A DNA stretch of 64,000 nucleotides from an uncultured virus (IMG/VR IMGVR_UViG_3300023205_000110) (Duplodnaviria > Heunggongvirae > Uroviricota > Caudoviricetes > Crassvirales). Both the position numbers and the translations under genes were made by a program. Below, piece by piece: positions 1-10,900 of the stretch (positions within the stretch are counted from its first letter, which is position 1; each line of letters starts with the position of its first letter). The stretch lies in IMG/VR virus record IMGVR_UViG_3300023205_000110; one strand, written 5' to 3'. Under the pieces are notes generated by a model. That model did not search any database, had not been told where the DNA came from, and saw only the letters and a list, made by a program, of their open reading frames with translations.

Positions 1-2
1 AC

Positions 3-722
3 GCTATTGGTAAAAATTCTGCTATTTGGCAAACTGCTGGATTTTGGGGAAATGGTGAAAGAATATTTGTAAGTGCTAAACTTCCTAATAATATTCTTGT
101 TAAAGGTGACCCTGTTGAAAATTATCTAGTATTTACTAATACTCATGATGGTAGCGGTGGAGTTAAGATTTTATTTACTCCTATTAGAGTTATTTGTCAA
201 AATACTCTTAATGCTGCTATTCGTACTAGTAGTAATTATGTTAGTTTTCGACATACAACTAGTGTTCATAATAAGATTTCTGTTGCACAAGAAATACTTG
301 GAATTAGTAAAATTAAATCTGAAGAATTTGGTCAATATTGTAATTTACTTGCTAATATTAAAGTTACTGATGAAGATGTAATTCAATTTATTGGAGAAAA
401 TCTTCTTACTAGTGATGAAATTCAACGTCTAAAAGATACAGGACATACTATTAAAGATATTGCTTATCGTAGTGGTTTAGCTTTAACTGATAGTAAAATA
501 AGTAGTAGAAAAATGAATGTTATTTCTGATACTTATAGTTATTATTTTGATGGTCCAGGTCAAAGAGATATTCTTGGTACAGCTTGGGGTGCCGTTAATG
601 CTATTAGTGGATATTATTCTAATATAGATAATATTGAAGATACTAAGCGATTTGATAGTATTTGTTATGGTGATAAATCAAGAAAAATAGAAAATGCTTT
701 TGCACTTGCAGAAGCTCTTTAA
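3..722 (+). CDS. DUF932/TIGR03299-like phage protein, 5'-truncated by the window edge
   Basis: Frame 3 is open from base 3 to TAA at 722 (ORF 513..722 is its tail). It reads ...WQTAGFWGNGERIFVSAKLP...YLVFTNTHDGSGGVKILFTPIRVICQNTL...GTAWGAVNAI, the DUF932 signature. Confidence 0.8.
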   Translation, partial: AIGKNSAIWQTAGFWGNGERIFVSAKLPNNILVKGDPVENYLVFTNTHDGSGGVKILFTPIRVICQNTLNAAIRTSSNYVSFRHTTSVHNKISVAQEILGISKIKSEEFGQYCNLLANIKVTDEDVIQFIGENLLTSDEIQRLKDTGHTIKDIAYRSGLALTDSKISSRKMNVISDTYSYYFDGPGQRDILGTAWGAVNAISGYYSNIDNIEDTKRFDSICYGDKSRKIENAFALAEAL

Positions 723-741
723 TTTAATAATTTAATTGTAT

Positions 742-1410
742 ATGGAAGTAAAAGTATTTAAACTGAAAGAGATTAAACTTCTTAGTGGAGATGTTTTAGA
801 TGTAAAGAAATGTTGTATGGTTCAACCCATTCTACCTACTTATGGTAAAGAAGGTGATGCTTGTATGGATATTTATCCTATTTGTTATGATTATGATGTA
901 GATAAAGATAGATTTATTTATCATACAGGTTTAGCATTTAATATTGGAAATGATGCTAATGGTGAACCTAATGAAATGTCTTTACGTCCTAGAAGTAATC
1001 TTACTAAATCTGATTTTTATATACCTAATTCTCCTTCTACTATTGATTGGGGTTATCGTGGAGAACTTTTGGTTGCTTTTAAGAATCGTACTTCTAGAGA
1101 TTTAGTTCATGCTGTATCTACTCTTGCTGAAATAGTTGATAAGTTGAGAGAACATATGCATTTACCTGATAGTATGGTTGGTAATGCTAGACTTAAACTT
1201 AATAATGTTAGAGCTACAACTACTAATATTCTTGATAAACTTTATACTCCGCCATATATTTGTGATGGTAAAGATAGATGTTGTCAACTTATTATTAATA
1301 GTGCTCAAAGAATTACTTGGAAAGAAGTTAAATCTATTGAAGAATTAGGAGAAAGTGAACGTGGAGACAAAGGATTTGGAGAAGGAACAGGAGGAGCAGC
1401 TAAAGCTTAA
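742..1410 (+). CDS. dut: trimeric dUTPase with an internal helical insertion
   Basis: Motifs ACMDI, RPRSN, TIDWGYRGEL, RCCQLII and SERGDKGFGEGTG are present. ATG at 742 preferred over TTG at 736. Confidence 0.9.
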   Translation: MEVKVFKLKEIKLLSGDVLDVKKCCMVQPILPTYGKEGDACMDIYPICYDYDVDKDRFIYHTGLAFNIGNDANGEPNEMSLRPRSNLTKSDFYIPNSPSTIDWGYRGELLVAFKNRTSRDLVHAVSTLAEIVDKLREHMHLPDSMVGNARLKLNNVRATTTNILDKLYTPPYICDGKDRCCQLIINSAQRITWKEVKSIEELGESERGDKGFGEGTGGAAKA

Positions 1411-1618
1411 AGTTGGTGCTCGTTATATTCATAATAAAGTGTCTAATGAATATACAATTATTAGTATTACTAAAATGAAACATCCAGATACAGGTGAATG
1501 GATTCCTGCTGTTATTTATAAACGTGATGGACTTAAATCTTTATGGTGTAGAAGTGTTGAAAGTTTTAAAAGTCATTTTAGTGATGCTAAAGTTGAAGGA
1601 GATGAAGTTTATCTATGA
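1355..1618 (+). CDS. DUF1653-like small protein (start uncertain)
   Basis: G.RYIH.K...Y.II...K..HPDTGEW...VIY...LWCR....F...F pattern. Confidence 0.6.
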   Translation: MNVETKDLEKEQEEQLKLKVGARYIHNKVSNEYTIISITKMKHPDTGEWIPAVIYKRDGLKSLWCRSVESFKSHFSDAKVEGDEVYL

Positions 1619-1884
1619 AAAAGTTAATCTTGTTTTATTTACCTGATTGTAATGTTAGTAAACTTTTTGAAGAAAGGCTTCATAAAGCTCTTGCTCTTCC
1701 TGAGTTTGCCGGTAGGTTTAATCTTATTAGGTATAATCTATATACTGATACTGGTAGACAAGAAGCGCGTAGTGCTGGTATTAGTGATGCTCCTACTGCT
1801 TATTGTAATGGTGATATTCTACGTGGTGTGCAAAGCGATTACACTATTAGGAAATATCTTCGCAAGCTGTTAGGAAAGTCATAG
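1615..1884 (+). CDS. thioredoxin-fold protein with degenerate active site
   Basis: LILFYLPDCNVS (CxxS) and GISDAPT cis-Pro-like loop; ATGA overlap with the upstream gene. Confidence 0.6.
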   Translation: MKKLILFYLPDCNVSKLFEERLHKALALPEFAGRFNLIRYNLYTDTGRQEARSAGISDAPTAYCNGDILRGVQSDYTIRKYLRKLLGKS

Positions 1885-2013
1885 ATATGATTCTTTTGCC
1901 CTACATTGAATTTTAATTGTTATTGTGATTAATCTATCACGATATGAATATCATTCAATGTGGGGCTTTAAAATAGCTAATTTTATAAATTCTCATTATA
2001 TTATACGAATACT

Positions 2014-2607
2014 ATGGTTAAAATTGAATTTTATTATAAAAGTGCTGATAAAGATAAAACAGAAGCTATGAGAGAAGCTATTGATATAGCTTTATTTGGT
2101 ACTAATGTTCAATGTAATTTTAAAAATCTTCCTGACCATCTTATTCTTGAAGATATGATACTTGAAAAGGCTGTTGCTGGTAAGAATATTACTGAATATC
2201 CTACTTGTATTATATATAGAGATGATACAGAATATAAACGATATAGTAATTCTGTTACTTGGGAAGAACTTCGTAATGATATTAATTATCTTACTGGAGA
2301 TGAACCTACAAGACAAACAAATAATATATTTGTTGAAGCGTTTATTGATGAACATGATTGTATAACTCGTGCTAAATGTGCTGATGCTATTGCTTGGATG
2401 TGGAAATATCAGAATACTAAAGTAGAATACATTCAAACTAATGTTAATAATCCGAATAAGTTTGCTGTTGTAATTAAAGATAGTTGGAGAACTTATGCTA
2501 CTTATGTATATTCTGATAGTCTTACTACTGAAATGATTAAGAATACTCTTCTTAGAGTTCCTAATACTATTAAAGAAGCTGTTAAAAATAATGCTATTGT
2601 GTTATGA
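2014..2607 (+). CDS. thioredoxin-fold-like protein, probably two degenerate domains
   Basis: KIEFYY...NITEYPTCII pattern, no CxxC; lies in the thioredoxin-like cluster. Confidence 0.45.
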   Translation: MVKIEFYYKSADKDKTEAMREAIDIALFGTNVQCNFKNLPDHLILEDMILEKAVAGKNITEYPTCIIYRDDTEYKRYSNSVTWEELRNDINYLTGDEPTRQTNNIFVEAFIDEHDCITRAKCADAIAWMWKYQNTKVEYIQTNVNNPNKFAVVIKDSWRTYATYVYSDSLTTEMIKNTLLRVPNTIKEAVKNNAIVL

Positions 2608-2882
2608 TACGTATTGATTGTTTTACTAGAGATGGTTGTGACGCTTGTAAAATAGCAATTAAAAATATAACTGATGCTATTAATGAAGCTAATTGTGATA
2701 TTACTCTTAATATTCGTAATACAAATCTAGATGATATTCTAAGAAAAGAAATTACTAAATTTCCTACTACTGTTATTACTAAAGTCGATAATGATTATAA
2801 AAGAAAAGAATTAGCTCGACTTGAAGGAAGTTTTCCTAGTGATTATATTAAAGATATTATTAATAAACTTGAAAAAGAATAA
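2604..2882 (+). CDS. thioredoxin/glutaredoxin-like protein
   Basis: FTRDGCDACK (CxxC), ITKFPTTVI, RLEG. Confidence 0.8.
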   Translation: MIRIDCFTRDGCDACKIAIKNITDAINEANCDITLNIRNTNLDDILRKEITKFPTTVITKVDNDYKRKELARLEGSFPSDYIKDIINKLEKE

Positions 2883-2885
2883 GCT

Positions 2886-3035
2886 ATGACAGTTAAAGAA
2901 CTTATAGATAAACTTCAACAATTTGATGAAGATAAACTTGTTTTAGTTGAAGATACTGAATATAAAGAATTTCAGGCTATTGATGTTGAACGGGTAGATG
3001 ATAGATTTATAATAATTACTACTACGATTAAATAA
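2886..3035 (+). CDS. small hypothetical phage protein (49 aa, not in the ORF track)
   Basis: ATG 2886 to TAA 3035: MTVKELIDKLQQFDEDKLVLV...; fills the gap between neighbours and has a common phage N-terminus. Confidence 0.7.
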   Translation: MTVKELIDKLQQFDEDKLVLVEDTEYKEFQAIDVERVDDRFIIITTTIK

Positions 3036-3054
3036 ATAATTAAATTTTAAAATT

Positions 3055-3504
3055 ATGAGTAAATTTATTGGAGTTAAAATGATTGAAGCTGTTCCTATGA
3101 CAGCTCGTGAAGCAAATGACAAAGGTTATAGAATTGGTAATCATTCTTTTGAAGAAGATGGTTATGAAGTAACTTATCCAGATGGATATAAATCTTGGAG
3201 TCCTGCTAAAGAATTTAAAAAAGCTTATTATGAACTTGAAGACCCTGCTGGAGATGTTCTTAAAGAAAATGATATTAAGAGATTTATTAAAGGTATTGAA
3301 AATGTAAAAGTTGGTACTAAAACAACTAATACTACTCTTACTTGTCTTACTGGATTTGAAGTTCATGGCCAATCAAGTTGTGTAAAACCTGAAAATTTTA
3401 ATTTAGGAATTGGTGCTGCTTATGCTCAAATTGAAGCTAAAAATAAAATTTGGGAAGGTCTTGGATTTGTTCTTCAATGGGCTAAATATGGACTAAAGAA
3501 GTAA
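3055..3504 (+). CDS. two-domain protein: GYxVxYxDGYxSWSP domain plus N4 gp49/Sf6 gp66-family domain
   Basis: DGYEVTYPDGYKSWSPAKEFKKAY followed by GFEVHGQSSCVKPENFNLGIG...KIWEGLGFVL. Confidence 0.7.
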   Translation: MSKFIGVKMIEAVPMTAREANDKGYRIGNHSFEEDGYEVTYPDGYKSWSPAKEFKKAYYELEDPAGDVLKENDIKRFIKGIENVKVGTKTTNTTLTCLTGFEVHGQSSCVKPENFNLGIGAAYAQIEAKNKIWEGLGFVLQWAKYGLKK

Positions 3505-3538
3505 ATAGTATTAATGCTAATGGTTTATATGTTATACG

Positions 3539-3567
3539 TAAAGCTGGCTCTAATAGAGCTGGCTTTA
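3539..3567 (+). terminator. probable intrinsic terminator
   Basis: aaagctggctct-aat-agagctggcttt hairpin (with G-U pairs) just after the 3504 stop. Confidence 0.45.
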
Positions 3568-3621
3568 TTAAATTTAATGATTAGCTTGGAACCGCTACGA
3601 GTGCTACGCACTCTTCGCTAT

Positions 3622-3734
3622 ACTCCCCGTAGAGGATGGAATGGTAGTTGTGCTAGTAATATTAGTATAGTTATTAATAATAATGATTATATTGATTGAA
3701 TGAATACTAGTCTATTCCATCCTCTACGGGGAGT
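3622..3734. repeat. perfect 21-bp inverted repeat formed by two copies of the dispersed motif around a 71-bp AT-rich spacer
   Basis: 3622-3642 actccccgtagaggatggaat is the reverse complement of 3714-3734 attccatcctctacggggagt. Confidence 0.95.
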
Positions 3735-3794
3735 TGAGCGTAGCGAAGCGGAGCGTTCTACTAATCCTTAAACTTATAGTCGTTGGCATGACTG

Positions 3795-3840
3795 AAACCT
3801 CGGTAGCTAAGCTAGTCTTACTACTGAGGTTTATTTTTAT
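3795..3840 (+). terminator. intrinsic terminator
   Basis: Stem aaacctcggtag / ctactgaggttt followed by atttttat. Confidence 0.65.
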
Positions 3841-3870
3841 CTTATTATTAAACTTAAATATATTATAATT

Positions 3871-4053
3871 ATGGTTGCATTTATTGTTCTTCTTGGAATT
3901 ATATTTGGTGGTGTTAAATTATTAGCTGTTGCTAATAATATTAGTGATAGTGAAGCTATGGATAAGTATAGTGGAAAACTATTTGTTATTGGTATTATAG
4001 TTTTTGTTATTCTTATGTGTGTTATTGGTAATAATGATGATGGTTTTAATTAA
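3871..4053 (+). CDS. small two-TM membrane protein
   Basis: 60 aa with two hydrophobic segments; AT-rich leader typical of Bacteroidota genes. Confidence 0.6.
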   Translation: MVAFIVLLGIIFGGVKLLAVANNISDSEAMDKYSGKLFVIGIIVFVILMCVIGNNDDGFN

Positions 4054-4208
4054 GATATTGCTATTATTAATAATCATATAGGCTATGCGCCTACGCACAA
4101 AGGTTGCACCTTTGATTGGCTTATAGAATAGACTAGATATTCGTAGTCGTTAAAGTGCTGATAATCAGCATAAAAGCTATGTTAAATCAACACCCGTAGT
4201 ATGACTGA

Positions 4209-4243
4209 TACAAAGATTAGTAGAACTAGTACAAAGATTAGTA
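4209..4243 (+). repeat. 14-bp direct repeat, 21-bp period (iteron-like)
   Basis: tacaaagattagta at 4209-4222 and 4230-4243, just upstream of repL. Confidence 0.75.
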
Positions 4244-4264
4244 TAATTTTTTATTCTATTAACA

Positions 4265-4292
4265 TTTGATATAGTTATATTTTTTATCTTTG
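4265..4292 (+). promoter_or_regulatory. Bacteroidota sigma-A-type promoter for repL
   Basis: TTTG at 4265-4268 and TATCTTTG (TAnnTTTG) at 4285-4292, 20 nt before the ATG. Confidence 0.5.
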
Positions 4293-4312
4293 GAATATAA
4301 AATTATATTCTT

Positions 4313-4879
4313 ATGCCTACATTTAAATCTATTAGTAAAAGTAATAAACCTAATAATAGTATAGTTAATTATGCTATTAATGATGTTAATACAGTAGCTA
4401 TTGTAACAAAAGATGGTGAAATTATTGATAAGAAAGATGTTCTTGTCATGTATGCTGATTCTAAAAGTCATAAACAACTTATTGATGAACAAAAGAAAAG
4501 ATTATATTTTAAAGTGTTTATTGATACTTTAGGTAATATTTATAATCTTACTAATAATGAAAAAAATGTTTTATTTTATATTAATAGTCATGTTCTTTTA
4601 ACAAGACAAAAACCAGATAAAACTAAACTTTATTTTTCAGTTAATGCTATGTTTTATGATGATTGTGAAGAAGAAACTAAAGTTCCAAAGCCATCTATAA
4701 AATCAGCATTATCTAGTCTTAAAGATAAAGGATTTATTAATCATTATAAAGATAAAGAGGATAAATGTGTTAAAGGTTGCTATGTTGCTAATCCTAAATA
4801 TATTTATAGTGGTACTCCTGAAGATTATGTTAATGATTGCTTTGAACTTCAAACTAAAGGTATTCTTGCATTAATATAA
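4313..4879 (+). CDS. repL: RepL-like plasmid replication protein (winged HTH)
   Basis: TKDGEII N-terminus, YFKVF..., HTH KPSIKSALSSLKDKGFI, G.YVANPKYIYSG; position matches my recollection of crAssphage RepL. Confidence 0.7.
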   Translation: MPTFKSISKSNKPNNSIVNYAINDVNTVAIVTKDGEIIDKKDVLVMYADSKSHKQLIDEQKKRLYFKVFIDTLGNIYNLTNNEKNVLFYINSHVLLTRQKPDKTKLYFSVNAMFYDDCEEETKVPKPSIKSALSSLKDKGFINHYKDKEDKCVKGCYVANPKYIYSGTPEDYVNDCFELQTKGILALI

Positions 4880-4880
4880 A

Positions 4881-4932
4881 ATAAAAGGGCTTGTCTAGGT
4901 AGTGATACCATAGGCAAGCCCTTATTTTTTTT
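4881..4932. terminator. bidirectional intrinsic terminator between the convergent gene blocks
   Basis: Stem aagggcttgtcta / taggcaagccctt, with an A-tract before and a T-tract after. Confidence 0.85.
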
Positions 4933-4950
4933 ACTAGATTCAAGTCCAGT

Positions 4951-7900
4951 TTATTCAAATATATCTTTACCTATATCTTTATAAGGTATAATACTAAGTA
5001 TATTTTCATCAACTTTATAATAACTATTATTATTAGGTAAATCAAGAACTCGATTAATACTACGAACAACAGGTATATTACGAACAGCCATAACTTCAAA
5101 CTTGTTCATACCTTTATATCTACCAGTAGTATATTCCTCAGTAAAATCTTCTTCAATAAGGAATCTAGCAGCCATAGCAGTAGTACCAAGTAAGTCATTA
5201 ATAGTTTGTCCAATAGCAACAGGACTAGACCATAGTTTTTTACCTTCAGCATAAGCACCAAATGGAGTAAATGAAGCAGCTTCAGAAGCAAGACGGTCAG
5301 CGTGATAAAGCATAAGATTATATATAATACTTTCATCATCATCTCCTCCCATACCAGTTATAGCAATTGCTCCAATAACAGCAGCACCTACATAAAGTAA
5401 ATCACCTAAATTACGTCTAATATTTGCTTTTTCATGTTCAGGAAGAAGTTCATAATTAAGTTTGAAATTAACAGCAAATGAAAGTAAATTCTTACCATAA
5501 ACTTGGAATGCTTTAAGAACATCACTTACATTATTAATTTCTCCTATGTTAGTTTCTTTAAATGGAATAGTCAAATAATCATAAAGACTAGTATAACTAC
5601 CTTTTTCAATAGTACCTAGAGTTTCATTATAATAACCATTCCAACGATAACGTTTCTTAAAACCGGGATAAAGATGTTTATGATATTGCATAACCATACC
5701 ACCCCACCAATGTTGTTCAATATTAGCAGAACCAAGTTTATCATAAACACCATGAACTTTCTTATTTACTTCACGAACTTTATCAATAAATTTAGCATAT
5801 TCTTTAAGAGTAAGTTTACTATCAGATTTTATTTGAGCAATTCCATCTTTAAGTTCAAACTGATTATAAACATCTGGAAGTTTAGCAAACTTTTTATCGA
5901 TATTCTTAATAAGTTCTTTACGTTTAGCTATATATTCTCTTTGTTGTTCTTCATTAAGATAAGTCTTAACAAAATCGAATATAGGATTAGCTTTAAATAG
6001 ATTATATTTAGCTCGTTTTTTATTATCAGCTTTAGCATCATCCATGAACTTATTGAATTGTTCAAATAGAGCTTGGTTCTCCTCTCCACGGGGAGTATTT
6101 ATTACAGACATAAGAGCATCTTGTTCAGCTTTACGATGATACATTTCTTTACTCATTATATCATAACCACCTCTACCATTATCAACAAGTCTATGAGATT
6201 TAAGCATAGCAAATAGCATAACATTTTGCATATAATGTTCACCAACAGATTGAGGACTAAATAGTAATCCACGAACTCTACGAATATTTTCTTTAAGACC
6301 TTCAACAGTACTAACTTCAGTTACTCTATCAAAATCAACTATATGACTAAGTTTAATAATAGCATCTTGAAGTGTACTACTATTTTCACTATACATATTA
6401 GCCATATAACTAACAGTTCCTTTAATCCATTCAGATTTACCAGCTTCCCAATCTTTAAGATTAATATATTCACCAGCAGCTCGTTCCATAAATATATTAC
6501 TAGAACCAGTAAGAACGTTAGCAATACCACCAGTAATATTCATCATCATATATTTACTACCAGCAATGTTTTGAGCAAGAGAACCTAGTTTAACTAGATT
6601 AGGAGTTTTATTATCTTTATATTGTTCAAATACAAGACGACGAATAAAGCTTCTAAGATGTTCACTAGTTCTAGTTTGTTTTTCTTGTTTATATTCAATT
6701 TCACCACCAGCACTAGCTTCTCTATTTTCACTTATACTACCTTTATAATTTATATCATAAGCAGTATTGCTAGTAATAATTTGGTCAGCAGTATAAAGAA
6801 GATTTTTAACTGTTTTAACAGCATTATATCTATTACTTTCAATTAAAAAACTATTAAATACTTCTTCCCAATTACGATTAAGAATATCATTATGAATTTT
6901 ATTATTCTTTTCAATAATCTCATCTTTAGCTTTAATAGCAGCAGCTTTACGTTTACTAAATTCTTCATCACTTTCATTAGGTTCTTTAAATTTAGGTATA
7001 GTAGGCAACTGTTGAGTATCTTTATTAACTAATTGAATTAATCTAGGATTAGGAATATCATAATCTTTATCAAAAGTTAAATCTTCATTATTTCTCCAAT
7101 TAGTATTATTAGGAACATTGGCTGTCCAACCAAGAAAACTAAGAGCTTGCTCAAAGTAATCTTTAACAGTCATATCTTTAGACTTAGGTAAAGCTGGAAG
7201 ATAACCCATATCAACATATCGCTTATTACTATTAGTAAAACAATACTTTTTCATAAGTTCATTTACTTTATTCATAAGTTCAAGTTGATACTCATTAAGA
7301 CTAGTATAATTAGGATTATCATATCCTGTTCCTACTTTGTACTTATTAACAAAACTACTATATTCTGGATTAACAAGTTCTTCTTTAGGAGTAATATGCA
7401 TTTGATTAATACGTGGTTCATAATTACCAACAACAGCTGAACCATCATCTTTAATCATTTGCATAGTAGTCCAAATACGAATAGGTTTAATAGTACGAGT
7501 ATATGGGTCAAAATAATGATTATCTCTATACCATTGTTTATATTCAACACTATCAATACCATATTTGTCAAGAACTTCTCTTTCTTTTATATAGTAATAT
7601 TGAGTAGTAGTTTCTCTAGTTCTCTTTTGAAGAATATTAATTGCAGCAGTTCTATCAATATCAGTCCATTTATCTAAATCTTTAGGTTTAATAATACCAT
7701 AAATAGTTCGATTAGGTCTTTCTGCAATAGTTCCATTTTCTTCAACTTGTTCACTAAATACTTCTAGCCATTTATCATAATATTTTTTACCTTTAGCAAA
7801 AGCTCTATTTTTATCAAGTTCGTATTGTTTCCAATTATAAGTAACATCACATTCATTTTCAATAAATTCAGCAACACGTTTTGCTTTAGCTTTATCAGTA

Positions 7901-10900
7901 CTCTTTTCACCTCTAGTAATTTCATTAAATACTTCAAAACCAGTCTTGAGTTGTTCTAAATCTTCTTGACTAATATCAGCAGTATTAAGAGTTCTAGTAG
8001 CATTATCAAAATATTTTTCAAGTATTTTATTAATAGCTTCTCCTACATTAATTTCTTCTTCGCTCTTAGATTTATTACCTGTAAGATAATTATAGAAATC
8101 AGCACGATAAATTCTAAGTTCATCTTCAGCAGAACGAATAATACCAACATAAGGCATACCATTGCCTTTAGTATATTTATATTTTCTAACTGTTTCAGCT
8201 TTAATAAGAGCTGCACGTTCTTCAGGTATTTTACGTCCATCAACTACATTAAATTCATCTTTAGCTTGAAATTCTTTAATAGCAAGATTAAGAACACTAT
8301 TACCTTTATTAGCATCTTTAAGTTCTTCAAACGCCCAATTTAAATCTTCTATATCTTTAATATCAAGAATATATCTAGTATTCTTACGAATCCATTCTTT
8401 AGCTTCATAATATTCAGGAACTTTCATAAGTTCTTCCATACTAATAAGAAGATTACCATTAGCATCACGTTGACTTTCATATTTACTAATAATAGAAAGT
8501 TGTTCTTTAAGTTTAGAATCAAATCCTTCTTTAGCTTGCTTATCATAGAACATTTCTTTAACTTTACGAATATTAGTTTGATAAGCACGAAGTCTTTCAG
8601 CTACATTTAAATCATGACCAATCTTTTTATTACCATCTTCATCATAAAGACTAGTAAGACTATCCATTTGAGCATATATACGTCCAAGTTCTTCATCTTG
8701 ACTTTGCGTAGTAACATTATCAGTCGCTTGACTTAAAATATCTCGTATTCTACCATTAAGTCTTTTATATTCAGCAAATTCTTTAGGAATACCATCATCT
8801 CCTTTTTTAAGACCAAGAAGACTTCTTTCAAGATTTATAATATAAGTAGAATATTCAATAGTAACATCATTACCATCTTCATCTTGAACTGTAATTGGTT
8901 TAAGCTGATGAATAGTAGTCATATCAATAAATTTAGCTTTATTAGATAAAGCAATAAGATGTTCAACACTATTTATACCAAATTTTTGTTCAGCTTCAAT
9001 AGCAGCATCTCTATATTTCTTCATCTTTTCTTCCCAAACAGGATTATTAGGTTGAATTAATCTACCATCATTATCAATTATACTATCAAGACTAACAAAT
9101 TTACCATCTTTAGCAGCTCTAGATTTAAGTTCTTTAAGATAATTTCTAAAGTCATTAGATTCTTTAATACCATTAAGACGACCTTCTTCAACAGTACCCA
9201 TTACATCTTTAAGTATATTCTGCAATACAAAGTTACGATTAGCACGAATATCTTGTATCCAATAGTCCATAAATCCAGTATCTCCATAAGCATCAAATTC
9301 TTTCATAAGACCACTTATATAATTAGGATTAGTAGTACGTAATTGAATCCATCTTTCAAACCAATCTTTTCTAGCAGAATGTACAGTAGTATTAGAATCA
9401 ACTTGATTAACTAATTTTTGAATCTTTCTAATATTCTCTTTAGTTTTATCATCAAGATTTGTACTATCAATATCAATTTCGCTAATAAGTTTGTATTTAT
9501 TCTTAAATGTATTAGCATTAAGAATAACATCTAAGAAACGATTTTGAAGTTGTTCATCTTTAAGAACTTTACCAATAACATCTTTATCGTTAATAGGTTT
9601 ATCAATACCGTCAATTTTAATAAAACGATTAATATCGTTAAGAATATTATTAGCTTCAACATCTATATAATTAGCTATAACTGATAATGAAAATTCAGAA
9701 TTATCAGAAAGACTACTACTATCAAGATAGTTAATTTCAGCATTATTTAAAGCATTAAGAACATTCTGGGCAGCAGGTTGACCATGACGAACAGCACGAG
9801 AAATAACTAAACTAGCATTTTTAGCAAATCTACCAATAGGAGTTTGGTCATCAATACTACTATATCTATCAGTATTACTAGTAACTCTATCTATTTCATT
9901 TTCATTAATTTTAATAAATAAACCAAGTTTATTATCTTCAATATTAGGATATTTAGCTTTATATTGTTTTAAATCATCGCTTAAATTAATAGCAGTAGTT
10001 CCATTAATGTTAAGATAAAATTTATCATTAATAGTATATATAGTATTATTCTCAAAAGGAGTATTCATAAAAGGCTGGAAATACTCATCAGATATATATT
10101 TACTATATAGTTCAGGAACTTCTTTATAACCTTTATTTACAGCTTCATTAATATTATCTTTAATACCATCAATAAATTTATCTCTTTTTTCTTGTTGAGT
10201 AAGACCTTTATAAAGAAGAACAGCTAATGGTTTATGAATATTATTATTAGTTATAATACTAGGTTCAATACTATTATAAGTTTCAAATGATTCAAGTCTA
10301 TCAATAGGATAATAAGCTAAAGTTCCATCATAAGTTCCTTTAATATATAAATTTCTATTAATTCTAATAACATTAACAGCATCTCCATTTCTTATTATTC
10401 CTACATTATCAAGATTTTCTTGACCATTAAAAGTAATAATACCACTTCTTTTTAGACTATAATTAATTTTATTATTAGTAAGTCTTTTAAATGTATAACT
10501 AGGACAATTAAAACTATTATAATTCTTACGAATAAAACCAATTATATCTTCAACATTATCTTTATCAACAAAACCATAACTATTAATACCTTTCATAGCT
10601 ATATCTCCAATAGCTATTCCGCCTTCACTCAATCCTCTAAGTGGAGTATTACTTATAAGTCTACTAATATTTCTAGTTCTAAATTTATGACCTTCAACAA
10701 TAAAAGCATATTTAACTAAATCAAGAGCTGTAAGTTTAATAAGAGGATTAGGATGATTCCAAGCTCTATCAAACAATCTATGGGCTTCATCATTAGTAAT
10801 ATCACCTTGTATGTAATTAATATATTGAATATTTACATTACGGCGATTACTTCTTTCGTCATTAGCAACTATTTCAATATGTTCAAATACACTACCATCT

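Noticed and set aside
3514..3699. 61-aa ORF
   Set aside because: Overlaps a terminator hairpin and the inverted-repeat element; unnatural translation, probably non-coding.
4191..4204. cacccgtagtatga, and acccgtagga at 38221, as extra motif copies
   Set aside because: Too short and degenerate to separate from chance; not counted.
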